The notes beneath the pieces are model-generated. The model searched no databases. It saw only the letters and a list, made by a program, of their open reading frames with translations, and was not told where the DNA came from. From an uncultured Candidatus Saccharibacteria bacterium (lineage in GTDB: Bacteria; Patescibacteriota; Doudnabacteria; UBA920): a DNA stretch of 64,000 nucleotides. The stretch spans positions 67,133-131,132 of the forward strand of contig CAZKVS010000001.1 of assembly GCA_964556325.1 (NCBI GenBank), written 5' to 3'. The position numbers and the translations under genes were made by a program. Every line of letters starts with the position of its first letter. Position 1 is the stretch's first letter. Below are positions 19,346 to 28,915 of the stretch, in pieces.

Positions 19346-19390
19346 GATAAAAACTATTTGTATAATGCTTTTATATTATACCAGGCCATT

Positions 19391-19466
19391 GTAGAATTAC
19401 GAAGTATGAATCATGAATTATGAATTATTAATCAAAAACTCTCTGCAAAGCAGAGAGTTTTTTTCG
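19391..19466. repeat. TGAAT word repeats followed by a terminator hairpin
   Basis: gtagaattacgaagtatgaatcatgaattatgaattatt, then aaactctctgcaaagcagagagttttttt. Confidence 0.55.
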
Positions 19467-19488
19467 CGCATGATTTATATCCTTTGTT

Positions 19489-20121
19489 TTATGCGGACGT
19501 GCCAGGCTTGTTAGCTTCTTCGACAATTATTACTTCGGTGTTTTCTGTTACTGTAGTTGTTCGGGATAGGGTAAGCATATTAATAAACCAAATCAGGAAG
19601 AGGGAGAGTAGCATGAGGGCGAGCCAGGTGAGTCCGGCCATCTCGGTAAGCTGTTTTTCTCGCTGTTCTACTTCGCGGAGGCTACGGCCGGCGAGTACAA
19701 AGGTAGTTTTATCGCCTTTTACTTCTTGCATAACCGCTGCTACGCGTACCCCTGGTTGAGGTTGCCAAGTGAAGCGAATGTGTCCTTTTTGTTTTACGGT
19801 ATCAAACACGCCACTTGGAGGAACTGGGTTTTCGTTGTTGAGCTTGCCCGAGGTACCTACAACTTTGGCATTTTCGTCATATATAGCTATAAAAGGGGAG
19901 AGGCTGGTGCCCATGTCCACACTGCCGGTAGATCCCACTATTTGGTCTCGAGGAATACCTTTTTGAATGGCAGCTGCAACTTCTTGAGTTATTTCCACCT
20001 GAGGGTCATTGGCATTTTGGCGGTAGGTTTGTTGAACTGCGACCGTGGGAAAGCCGACTACCCCGGTAATCATAATGGCTAAAATAAGCCAAACTCCAAA
20101 TAGTTGTCCTTTTCTATTCAT
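19489..20121 (-). CDS. Hypothetical exported protein with N- and C-terminal TM segments
   Basis: Signal/TM at the N-terminus and a TM helix near the C-terminus. No recognisable motifs. Confidence 0.4.
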   Translation of the reverse strand: MNRKGQLFGVWLILAIMITGVVGFPTVAVQQTYRQNANDPQVEITQEVAAAIQKGIPRDQIVGSTGSVDMGTSLSPFIAIYDENAKVVGTSGKLNNENPVPPSGVFDTVKQKGHIRFTWQPQPGVRVAAVMQEVKGDKTTFVLAGRSLREVEQREKQLTEMAGLTWLALMLLSLFLIWFINMLTLSRTTTVTENTEVIIVEEANKPGTSA

Positions 20122-20223
20122 ATATTTATTCCTTACGTTACTCTTCTCAATATGATAGCAGGCCTGCCAGAAAACCCAAAATAAGCCAGTATATGTGGAG
20201 TATTATACAATGAGTCTGTCATA

Positions 20224-21636
20224 TTACTGGTGTTGCTGGCGCACTTCTTCAAGTATACCCGCAAGCTGCTCACTTGTGTGTACTGGATATTCAGGCGGTT
20301 CGTAGGTGAGTTTGTATGGTTCTGGTAAACTTGCCAATTGTGCCTTCACGCGAGCTTTGACGCCGTCTATATTTTCGAATGATACTGCGTGTTTTCCGTT
20401 ATCAACGAACTTTTGGAGTAAGGGTTCGCCGAGTTGCTCTGTTTCTAGGCCGATTATATCTTCGACCATCATTCCCGCTTGGTCGAATACTCGGAATATC
20501 TGCTTTCTACCCGGCAGGCTACCTTTGCCTTGAGCGAGTTTTGCTTTGTATTCTATGGTACCGTCCTCATGGCGGAGTTCAGCCATTTTATATACTGCTT
20601 CGAACTTAGGATTATCCGTAATGTTTGCTACCTCTGTAGAGCTAATAAAGCAATCTATGGGTGCTTTTTCGTCCATCAGGTATTTGATTTTATATTCGTC
20701 CAAGTTGGAGAATACTTGTATGCGCACGTCCGCAAAGCCAACTTCGTCAAGCCTGCTTCGAACATATCGAGATTCTTCCAGTATGTCGCCACTGTCTATG
20801 GTTACCATGAACTGCTTTTGTTGAAATTCAGATTTTTTTGCTTCAGTTATAAACACTTCTAACCCATGGCGTAGTCCATAGGTATCTATCATGACCAAGA
20901 ATAGGTCGGCTTTGGTTTGTAAAACATCAAATACATACCGAAAAGCTTCTGGCTCTGTGGGAAAAGACTTAATAAACGCATGGTTAATGTTTGCGGATAG
21001 TTTTCCAGTCGGCTTAATCTCGGGGAATTTTCTATATGACTGCGGGGTAAACTGTGGCATGGGGCTATCAAGTAAATATGGTGCGCGAGTGCCTATCCAT
21101 ATGCCTTGTTCGAAACCTGCCAGTCTGACCGTCGCCCCAGCAACAATCATTTTTTCGCGAGCCGATATCTTAACGCGAGCCACTTTGGTGGTGAGGCGTA
21201 CTACATAGCCAAAGGCATTCATGGTAAAAGCCGTAATCATGTTTGCTTCTGCGAGTGGGGCCGTTACTCGCACAATTGGTTCCCCTGGGAAGAAAATAGT
21301 CCCTTCTGCAAGTGCATGAATGTCACCACTAAACGCAAAAGTGCGGTAAAAGTTTTCTGTTTCGGGTGAGTCTATAACCCCAATCATTTTTAGAGTTTCT
21401 ATGGCGTCGTCATCAAACCTCAATCGTAGCAAGTAATCCACATAACGCTCTAGTCCGTCAAAAATATAAAAACCCCAGTTAGCAGGTTTTTCACGAACTA
21501 CTAAGTCATAGGTGGCGATAGACTTGTGAATTCCACGGTTAATCCACGCCATATTTCCAACGTAGATATTGGTATATTCGATAAACGGTATATCCGAGAT
21601 GTCTACATCGTAATACTTTCGTTGATGTTGGGTCAT
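20224..21636 (-). CDS. pncB: Nicotinate phosphoribosyltransferase-family enzyme
   Basis: Size and layout fit NAPRTase (DSGDILEESRYVRSRLDE region). Subfamily is uncertain. Confidence 0.5.
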   Translation of the reverse strand: MTQHQRKYYDVDISDIPFIEYTNIYVGNMAWINRGIHKSIATYDLVVREKPANWGFYIFDGLERYVDYLLRLRFDDDAIETLKMIGVIDSPETENFYRTFAFSGDIHALAEGTIFFPGEPIVRVTAPLAEANMITAFTMNAFGYVVRLTTKVARVKISAREKMIVAGATVRLAGFEQGIWIGTRAPYLLDSPMPQFTPQSYRKFPEIKPTGKLSANINHAFIKSFPTEPEAFRYVFDVLQTKADLFLVMIDTYGLRHGLEVFITEAKKSEFQQKQFMVTIDSGDILEESRYVRSRLDEVGFADVRIQVFSNLDEYKIKYLMDEKAPIDCFISSTEVANITDNPKFEAVYKMAELRHEDGTIEYKAKLAQGKGSLPGRKQIFRVFDQAGMMVEDIIGLETEQLGEPLLQKFVDNGKHAVSFENIDGVKARVKAQLASLPEPYKLTYEPPEYPVHTSEQLAGILEEVRQQHQ

Positions 21637-21945
21637 AGATGAGAAGCCTAATTTTCTTAACTCATCATATATCTATACGAATTAAAATAAAAGGCTTGTG
21701 GGCGCGGGTGCGGGGTTGTTGGACATAAGTAGTATTTTATGGTAGAATGATAAATAAATTTACACTTTTGAGTAATAGCGCTTATTTGTAACTAGTTATA
21801 AGTTATAAATAGAGCGCTGTTACTTACACTAACAGTAAAGTACAAGGGATACCGTTTGTCTTGATATATACATAATTGAGACGGTAGTGCCCAGAAGCGT
21901 ATTTTAGATTGAAACTGTCAGAAAAAATCAAGGGAGGGAAAAACC

Positions 21946-22509
21946 TTGTTTATTTCATGTTTTGGAAGCGGAAGTGGCCAGCCGGGGGAGCTGGTATATG
22001 ATGCCATGTTGAGCGTGGGGCGTCTGCTAGCGCAAAGGCGTCACACCGTGGTTACCGGTGGATTTGGCGGCTCGGGCATGCAAGCACCAGCGCAGGGAGC
22101 AAAAGAAGCGGGCGGTGAATCTGTTGGCCACACGCTTTTGGGTCTTCCGCCAAACCAGTTCCTAACTCGTTTCTTCGATTACGGAGTTATGTTTCGTTCG
22201 CCTGAGCTGCAATTTGGCACTCGTCTTGGGCGCATGCTCGAGAGCGATGGTTTTATCATCGGCGCGGGTGGCGGGCCTGGTACTGCCGTCGAATTTTTCT
22301 CCATCGTCAATATGGCCTATAAAGGCTTTTCTAACAATCCACAAAAGCGATGCGCAATTTTGTGGCCCAGCGGGGCGAACGTCCCAGGTTGGGATAACGC
22401 TATGTTGGAACAACTAACGAAGTGGGGCCTTTTTCCTGCAGAGGCTCGAAAATACATCAAGGTATGCACAACGCCTGAAGAGGCGGTTGTCTGGGCTTGC
22501 GGTGAGTAG
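21946..22509 (+). CDS. LOG/TIGR00730-family Rossmann-fold protein (second, divergent paralogue)
   Basis: GGFGGSGMQAPAQGAKEAGGESVG and GAGGGPGTAVEF motifs. Confidence 0.55.
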   Translation: MFISCFGSGSGQPGELVYDAMLSVGRLLAQRRHTVVTGGFGGSGMQAPAQGAKEAGGESVGHTLLGLPPNQFLTRFFDYGVMFRSPELQFGTRLGRMLESDGFIIGAGGGPGTAVEFFSIVNMAYKGFSNNPQKRCAILWPSGANVPGWDNAMLEQLTKWGLFPAEARKYIKVCTTPEEAVVWACGE

Positions 22510-22591
22510 CCGAAAGTCTGGAAATTTAAAGAAGCCGGTAGTGTGTCACTGACACACTACCGGCTTCATTGTTTATAAACTTATTATAATT

Positions 22592-23053
22592 TTACGCCCG
22601 GTGGTGGTCGGCGCGCCAGTCTTTTATAGCTTCTTTAATTTGGTCGTTCGTCAGGTTTTCATCTACCGCTCGTTTGGCTAGTGCCAAGAACTCCGCGTCG
22701 CTCGCAAAACGGAGGGCAATTATTTGTGGCATGGTGAGTTTAGAATCAAACGGTTTGCCGGTCATGACAAAGTGACGAAGGTTTTCCTCGGACCGGATAG
22801 CACGGTCTTGCACTTTGGCTGCAAACAATCGGCTAAAGAAAAACTGCATAATAGCGGCAATGCTCAAACCGAATAGTATAACGGGCTCAATCCAGTTTGT
22901 AAGGCCGCAGCCGCCAGTATGCACATAGTGCCAACGGACGTTGTACACACTTGCAAAAAGAGCGAGGACAAGGAGTCCGAGTAATACGATGTGGTAGAGG
23001 GGAACAAGCTGCCTATGGTTTTTATAGTTCTGTTCTTTCATAGTACGAAGCAT
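22592..23053 (-). CDS. Hypothetical membrane protein
   Basis: Three predicted TM helices and a charged C-terminal domain. Confidence 0.4.
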   Translation of the reverse strand: MLRTMKEQNYKNHRQLVPLYHIVLLGLLVLALFASVYNVRWHYVHTGGCGLTNWIEPVILFGLSIAAIMQFFFSRLFAAKVQDRAIRSEENLRHFVMTGKPFDSKLTMPQIIALRFASDAEFLALAKRAVDENLTNDQIKEAIKDWRADHHRA

Positions 23054-23451
23054 AATGATTATGAATATATATTTATAATACCATACCCCTCAAGGCTTAT
23101 ATTTTTATAGCCTGTTTATATCCTAAATCTTCTACTTTGCCATATATTTTACAGGTAAAATGAAGTATTTCCCTTGTTTATGCAGGTTTAATGTATTGAC
23201 TTATATTAATATTTATGCTATAGTATTTGGTATTTTACAACAGCAGTTTGGGTGTGTATAAAAACTTACGTACGCAAGCTGCTATTGTAAAGGTCGCTTT
23301 TACATTAGTCAGAGTGGACTGTGAACGTCACAGCTCTTGTTCTGGTTCTGTTGCTAAATTTTTGTAAGAAAGCAACTAAACACTACCGACTTGTGCCCTC
23401 AAGCCCAAGTCAGCGACAAACTTCAGCACAAGTTTTTGGAGGAATGAATCA

Positions 23452-23847
23452 ATGCCGAGTAAGAAAAGATATCACCAACCCGCCAAGGTTTCCCAAGGGG
23501 CGCCCAAAGGTCCTAAAGCTCAGAATGATCTGGTGTCGCAGATGCAAGTCGGCGCGAGCATGTTCGTTGAGCGCACGGCAGTCAAGGCTGACATTAGCAA
23601 GCTGCCCCAAGCCAAAAGGGGGGAGGAACACCGGATTGAGATTGGTCAAATTGACGCAAACGCAAAGGTCAAGGTCGCCGGTCCCATCAAGATCAAGCGA
23701 TTGAACATCACTGACTATCTCATCGTCGGATATACGCCGAAAATGGCGATTCCCGCGCGGAGTGATACGGAAGGCGCGAAGAGGTGGCAATCTATCCAGC
23801 GGAGAGTGCAGGGCCACGCCCTGCTCAAGCTCGCGGTGAAGCTCTAA
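23452..23847 (+). CDS. Hypothetical protein in a compositionally atypical (GC-rich) island
   Basis: 131 aa, basic. Followed by a GC-rich hairpin and T-run at 23856..23886. Confidence 0.4.
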   Translation: MPSKKRYHQPAKVSQGAPKGPKAQNDLVSQMQVGASMFVERTAVKADISKLPQAKRGEEHRIEIGQIDANAKVKVAGPIKIKRLNITDYLIVGYTPKMAIPARSDTEGAKRWQSIQRRVQGHALLKLAVKL

Positions 23848-24177
23848 CTTTTACCGCCTCGACAATACTAGGACCACGTGCACGCTGTTCGCACGTGGTT
23901 CTTTTGCATGTACGTAACGGTATGACGGTAAACATGGCGGTGGGTGTGGCGGTTGCATAAATCGCTTATATATAATACAATTTTAGGTATTTTACTTTAG
24001 CAGACTACCTGTCTAGTTCTTAGGTGTTTAGTCTGCTGATGTGAAGTCGTGTGCACGGCAGGTACGTTATTGGTTTTAGTCCATAGCGTACTTGAGAGCT
24101 ATCCTCTCGTTCTTGATGGTCTTCCATTAAGAAAAGCGGCGGTTATTATTCGTAACTCTAACTATTGAAGGGGGAAT

Positions 24178-24471
24178 GTGGTGGTTAATACACCGGTTGT
24201 GGGCGTGCGTGTCCATTCCATGCAGTTTGGGGTTGAATATCATTTACCAATTGTCGCGCTTACGGCGGCAACAAAGAAACTCGACCGTAACGCCCTTACT
24301 ACGGCGGACGGCGAGCTTGTGGTAACTCGACGAGTCGGTTATGGATTCGTAGTGGTGCGCGCGCCGCAGGCGCTTGCGTATCTTGCGGAAACTAAGCCTG
24401 TCCCAAGGCCGCAAACTGGCACAATGCCAAAACACGTATTGACTTTAACTCGCGAACCCAACCAACATTAA
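24178..24471 (+). CDS. Hypothetical protein (GTG start) in the same GC-rich island
   Basis: GAAGGGGG Shine-Dalgarno about 8 nt upstream of the GTG. Terminator hairpin gccgcagcgatg...atcgctgcggc at 24495..24535. Confidence 0.35.
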   Translation: MVVNTPVVGVRVHSMQFGVEYHLPIVALTAATKKLDRNALTTADGELVVTRRVGYGFVVVRAPQALAYLAETKPVPRPQTGTMPKHVLTLTREPNQH

Positions 24472-24561
24472 TGGTGGCGTTCGCAGCATAAACAAGCCGC
24501 AGCGATGCATTTTATCGCTGCGGCCTTTTCTTTCAGTTCGAAATTATTTTTTGTAGGTATG

Positions 24562-25239
24562 CTATTGTTTACCGTTCATGGCGGCGAGGCATTGGGTCTT
24601 GGCTGGTTCTTGGAGGCCGGCGCACATTGCTTCCATGCTTTGTCCCTGTGTTGGCATGGTTTGGGTTTGACCGTTTAGCTGCATCTTTTGCATGTCCTGC
24701 ATCATTTTGGTCATGTCAGTAAATTCTACACCTGCGGGCAGGGTAAACTTGCTGCTATCTGGCGTCCAGTTGGAACACTTAAAGTTGAACTGTTTGTTGG
24801 GGTCTATGTTGGCTTGGCCGGAGTTGCCCACATCACCCTTTGTGGTGTTGCCTTGCATGGCTTCAAAGTCCATCTTATAGCCGGTCTTTTGGCCATCCAT
24901 CCAGCTATAACTGGTTTTACCGTCCATAATCATGTGCGAAGTAATGCTTGTAGAACCTGTTCCAACCATGGTCTCCATGCTCATTTTTCCACCACTTATG
25001 TATACAGTGCTGGTACCGAGCCCTTCACCCACGGTGTAGGTACAAGTTTGGGACTGTCCTAGGCCAAGTAGTCCTTTGAGGGTATTTTGCATACCTTGTG
25101 GCTGCATGGCTTCTTTTTCAGGTGTGGGCTTCATCATTTCATCCTTTACTTCGGCAGTATTCTTGCTGCGCATGAAGAACCCGGCGAGCAGGGCGATAAC
25201 TATTATGGCCCCCACTCCTATTGCAATTTTTTTGTTCAT
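24562..25239 (-). CDS. Secreted Met/Gln-rich protein
   Basis: N-terminal signal/TM. About 11% Met, in clusters (MTKMMQDMQKMQ). Four Cys. Confidence 0.45.
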   Translation of the reverse strand: MNKKIAIGVGAIIVIALLAGFFMRSKNTAEVKDEMMKPTPEKEAMQPQGMQNTLKGLLGLGQSQTCTYTVGEGLGTSTVYISGGKMSMETMVGTGSTSITSHMIMDGKTSYSWMDGQKTGYKMDFEAMQGNTTKGDVGNSGQANIDPNKQFNFKCSNWTPDSSKFTLPAGVEFTDMTKMMQDMQKMQLNGQTQTMPTQGQSMEAMCAGLQEPAKTQCLAAMNGKQ

Positions 25240-25292
25240 AAAGTGTCGTTACTTATTCTTTGACTAAGTATAGCGGTAAATGAGGTCTTTGT

Positions 25293-25733
25293 TTAGCTGA
25301 GGTTTAAGGGCCGAGTCGGTGCAATAATGCTTCTGGGGTCGGTTTTCCAGATATCCGAGACATCCGCGTAGAGTTCTAGCTCGTTACCGTCGGGGTCGGA
25401 TATGTAGATACTGTGGGTTACGGTATGGTCAGCGAGGCCGGTAATAGCTACACCCTTTGCAACTAATTCTTTATATACAGTTTTTAGCTCGTCGTGTGAG
25501 TTGGCTACTTTAAAACCAATATGGTATAGACCTGGTTCCGGGTTGTGGGGTGGCCTTGGGGCACCTCCAATTTCTATTAGAAGCATTTCATGGTGCGTCC
25601 GTCCGGAGGAAAACAGTGCGATTGGTCCTTCGCGGTGGATTTCCGTAAAGCCAAGCGTGTCACGGTAAAAATTTGCTACACGTTCTAAGTTGGTGACGTA
25701 GAGGACTACATGTCCGAGTTCAAGTATTTTCAT
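25293..25733 (-). CDS. VOC/glyoxalase-family protein
   Basis: MKILELGHVVLYVTNLERVANFYRDTLGF and a second beta-alpha-beta-beta-beta module. Confidence 0.65.
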   Translation of the reverse strand: MKILELGHVVLYVTNLERVANFYRDTLGFTEIHREGPIALFSSGRTHHEMLLIEIGGAPRPPHNPEPGLYHIGFKVANSHDELKTVYKELVAKGVAITGLADHTVTHSIYISDPDGNELELYADVSDIWKTDPRSIIAPTRPLNLS

Positions 25734-26310
25734 GGTGCATAAAAGGGTTTTCCATATCAAAAACAATTTTTGGAGTATGGTTGTTTATTATATCTTCGTC
25801 TAAATTATATTTTTCGCTATAGAGTGTACCCACTACGCAGAATTTTGCTGCAGACCACTGAAAGCCGACTTTTTCCGCTACGGCTTTAACAGCTGCTTCC
25901 GATGTTCCCTCTATTTCTACGAATGGTTCCAAGAACGGCCATTCATCTATAGTAATTTCCACGTCATCAAGCATCTACAACTCACGCTTGGTTTCTTGGT
26001 AGGCTTTTTCCTGGCAGCCAAGCAGCCGCAAAAACTCTACGCCTTCGTTGAAGCTGTTAATAGTGAGGCAAGATTCTTTTTGGTCGGTAATAGTTGTCCC
26101 GTCCACCACTTTTACACTCATGGTAATTTTATTACCTTCGTCTCGCACCCGAGCCCATCCACCCTTCACCTCGTGGCCGCTGGGGAGCTTAAAGGTAGTA
26201 CGCTTTTGGAGAAACTCAGGCCGCGCAAGGGTGGCTCCTGCGGCTGTGAGCTTGTGGCGAATAGACTCCTTATCTATATGTGGAAACGTAGCTTCGTATT
26301 CTATGTCCAT
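25720..26310 (-). pseudogene. CYTH-domain triphosphatase / class IV adenylate-cyclase-like gene interrupted by an in-frame TAG
   Basis: ORFs 25975..26310 and 25720..25974 share a frame and are separated only by TAG (plus-strand cta at 25975..25977). The N-part has the EYExxF signature. The C-part has EIEGTSE. Confidence 0.5.
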
Positions 26311-26452
26311 AGTCGGGTTTTTAAATGTTAGGCTTTGGTGTAGGGGCGAGCTTTAGCCGCCCGAAAACGATGCGCTGAGCGGGCGGGCAAGCCTCGCCCC
26401 TACTATTCTGATTTTATGATGGATTTTTTATAGAGTGGTATACTTATAGTAT

Positions 26453-26851
26453 ATGATAGGTTTTACGTTTGAAAGTAAGCAGCCGGCACCGGATAAGCTC
26501 TGGCTCAAAGTTTCGGGCGGTTTAAGCGCTGCCAGTGCAGATGACTTAAAAGCTTGGATGGTGCAAATAGAGGCCATTATTGCTGCCATGCATACAGCTG
26601 CAGGTGTAGGTATTTCTTGCGTGTTTGACTTGGTGGACTTGGTCGAGGCAAATGACCCCGTGGTTATAACTTCTTTGGTTGAGTTCCAAAAGCAGAATAA
26701 GCCGCACATTCGCCGCACAGCTTTGGTAATAAAAGACCCGCAAGTGAGGCTTGCTATGAGCATTGTGGGTGCTTTAGCTGATCGCTACAACATCCGTTCT
26801 TTTGCTTCTAACCAAGAAGCCGAGGGGTGGGCCTATTCCGAACAGGCTTAA
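26453..26851 (+). CDS. Hypothetical protein (possibly STAS/anti-sigma-antagonist-like)
   Basis: 132 aa with an alpha/beta pattern. Weak resemblance only. Confidence 0.3.
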   Translation: MIGFTFESKQPAPDKLWLKVSGGLSAASADDLKAWMVQIEAIIAAMHTAAGVGISCVFDLVDLVEANDPVVITSLVEFQKQNKPHIRRTALVIKDPQVRLAMSIVGALADRYNIRSFASNQEAEGWAYSEQA

Positions 26852-27414
26852 CGCGTGTTAGCTTTTTGTAAACGTATATGCTGCACCTTTGTGTAGGTTT
26901 TTGAGTTCGGATTGCGTTGGTATATATCGACACGGCTTGCAATAAAATGAAGCGGGGGTGCAAGTTTTTTTAATTGCTGTTTCGTGGTGGCAAATATTTT
27001 TGTGGATAAGTGTTCCGCGATGGTTATATGCGGATGGCCGGGATGTGCAGTTGCATACCCGGTGTGGGTATCCGACATGCTCCCTTGCAAAGCTCGGAGT
27101 GTTTTCGTGTGTACCAATTTTAGAAATTTGGCTGACTCGGTGTTTGGCTTAATGTAAAGTACATTGTTTTTTCCTTCAAATGTTCCGTAGGAGTCCCACG
27201 TAAGCTGCTTTGCTTGTACTGTTTTAAGTTTCTTACCGAGGAGCTCAGCAATTTCCACTAGCGATAGTTTGGAGTTAAATGGCGGACACACAGTCACATG
27301 GACAGGCAAGTGGTATGGTCCTGTTTTGTGGTACGTGGCCTGTGCTCTTTTAATTCTCTTTTGAACTCTCGCTGGCGGAGTTATGGCAATTATGTAGGTT
27401 TCTATCATGGGCAA
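26848..27414 (-). CDS. 2H phosphoesterase (LigT-like 2'-5' RNA ligase / cyclic phosphodiesterase)
   Basis: Two H-x-T-x motifs (HVTVCPPF and HITIAEHL) at the usual spacing. Confidence 0.6.
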   Translation of the reverse strand: MPMIETYIIAITPPARVQKRIKRAQATYHKTGPYHLPVHVTVCPPFNSKLSLVEIAELLGKKLKTVQAKQLTWDSYGTFEGKNNVLYIKPNTESAKFLKLVHTKTLRALQGSMSDTHTGYATAHPGHPHITIAEHLSTKIFATTKQQLKKLAPPLHFIASRVDIYQRNPNSKTYTKVQHIRLQKANTR

Positions 27415-27436
27415 GGTATATATGGGTAGTATACCA

Positions 27437-28312
27437 CTACGCGGTGAACAGCTGCGCCGGGAAGTTTGGAGACATGGTTACTGTAAAGTCGGATTGCAGA
27501 ATAAGATACTCAAAAGTGTAGTGTTTGAGCAGGGTGGCGGGTGGCACAAAAAACAAACAAGTCGAAAGCGCGTCGGCTAGTAGGGTGGTGTCGGCTATGG
27601 TCCAGAGTGCGGCTATGTGTGTGGGTGAGGTGAGGGAGTGCGGGTCAAGGATGTGATGAAAGTTGCCCCACGCTCGTCTGTTGCCAGCAGAACCGCAGAG
27701 GCTTTGGTTCATGATGTGCGCAATACCAATTACCTGACTCGTGTCTGCAGGGTTTTCTAAACCAACTTTCAGTGGTTCTGGCGCTTCGGTTCGGTGGCGC
27801 ATGTCTCCGCCGGCGTCTACGGTGTAGGTTTGTATCCCTGCTTGTTCTATGAGTTCGCTTACTATATCTATTAAATACCCCTTGCCCGCTGCACCCACAT
27901 CAATGAGCACGGGAAGTTTGGTTATAAGCGTGGGGTAGTTGTATATAAGTGCTTCATCCCAGGTGGGCGGAGCACTAAGCTTTTTTCCTTGAAGTGAATA
28001 GTGTGCGTCGTAGCCAGCGTCGCTTAATGCTTGGCCAATGAGTGGAGTAAACGCGCCGTTGGTAATGCGGTAAAGTGTGTGGTACAAGCCCAGCATGGGC
28101 TCTGCATCGCTCGGTAGCTGGTAGCTGCCCGGCGTGCGGGCCACTTCACTAATTAGCGAGTCAGGTCGAAAGCGGGAGTAGTGGGCGTCAAAAAGAGCAA
28201 TCCGCTCCATAATTTGTGTGTGCAAATTATCGGACTGCTCTTTTGTTATGACGTCGTGTATGTCTATGACCCAATGCGTGCCAATTGCTTCAAATGTATA
28301 TTGGGTTGGCAT
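27437..28312 (-). CDS. apbE: FAD:protein FMN transferase (ApbE family)
   Basis: ApbE-like fold with GAAGKGYLIDI and TYTVDAGGDM motifs. Confidence 0.7.
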   Translation of the reverse strand: MPTQYTFEAIGTHWVIDIHDVITKEQSDNLHTQIMERIALFDAHYSRFRPDSLISEVARTPGSYQLPSDAEPMLGLYHTLYRITNGAFTPLIGQALSDAGYDAHYSLQGKKLSAPPTWDEALIYNYPTLITKLPVLIDVGAAGKGYLIDIVSELIEQAGIQTYTVDAGGDMRHRTEAPEPLKVGLENPADTSQVIGIAHIMNQSLCGSAGNRRAWGNFHHILDPHSLTSPTHIAALWTIADTTLLADALSTCLFFVPPATLLKHYTFEYLILQSDFTVTMSPNFPAQLFTA

Positions 28313-28354
28313 TCCTGTATTATCTAATAACTAAGTACCCCGCCGAAGAGGCGA

Positions 28355-28843
28355 CTAAGCACTAATTTTTGCCTGAGTTTTAATTTGCTCTACGGCGTCA
28401 TTGAAACCTTTTGGTGTAAGCGAGGATCCGGATACTTTATCGAGTGTGACCTCGTTAATATTTTTTCCAACAACCATGCTTGTAAAGTTTTGGCTAAAAA
28501 CCAGTTGCATTTTTTTGGATATTGGCTGTACTGTTTGGGGTTGGGCGGTCGCGTTGGTTACTATACCGTCTTTTAACGTAAGAGTAATTTCAATAGTTTC
28601 AGCTCCGCCGGGGGAGTTATAGCTACCCATGGCCGTATAGGTTCCGTCTTTGTAGGTAGCGGTAGAGGTTGTGGTAGTTTGTTCGTTTGGAGTAGGTGTC
28701 GTGGTGTCCGTCGTTGTTGCAGTATCCTCTTCTTTACCGGAAAACTTTACTACTGCAAGTATGACAAGTACGACTACTACGCCCGCGGCTATAGCGAGGC
28801 CTGCTTTGCTGCTTTTTGGGGTTTCGGGTGTTTGTTCAGACAT
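28355..28843 (-). CDS. Membrane-anchored FMN-binding-domain protein (likely ApbE substrate)
   Basis: N-terminal TM, Thr-rich linker, FMN_bind-like domain with DKVSGSSLT, a Dxx(S/T)G(A/S)(S/T) flavinylation-type motif. Confidence 0.55.
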   Translation of the reverse strand: MSEQTPETPKSSKAGLAIAAGVVVVLVILAVVKFSGKEEDTATTTDTTTPTPNEQTTTTSTATYKDGTYTAMGSYNSPGGAETIEITLTLKDGIVTNATAQPQTVQPISKKMQLVFSQNFTSMVVGKNINEVTLDKVSGSSLTPKGFNDAVEQIKTQAKISA

Positions 28844-28915
28844 AATGTATTTTTACTAATGTTCGTGTATTTTACCATAATTACTACAATAAAAAAAGAG
28901 AATTATTTCATGTAG

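Noticed and set aside
25293-25766. Longer start for the VOC gene (MFLIWKTLLCTMKILELG...)
   Set aside because: The upstream 11 codons overlap the end of the CYTH fragment and add a hydrophobic, unconserved extension. The MKILELGHVVLYV start matches the family's N-terminus.
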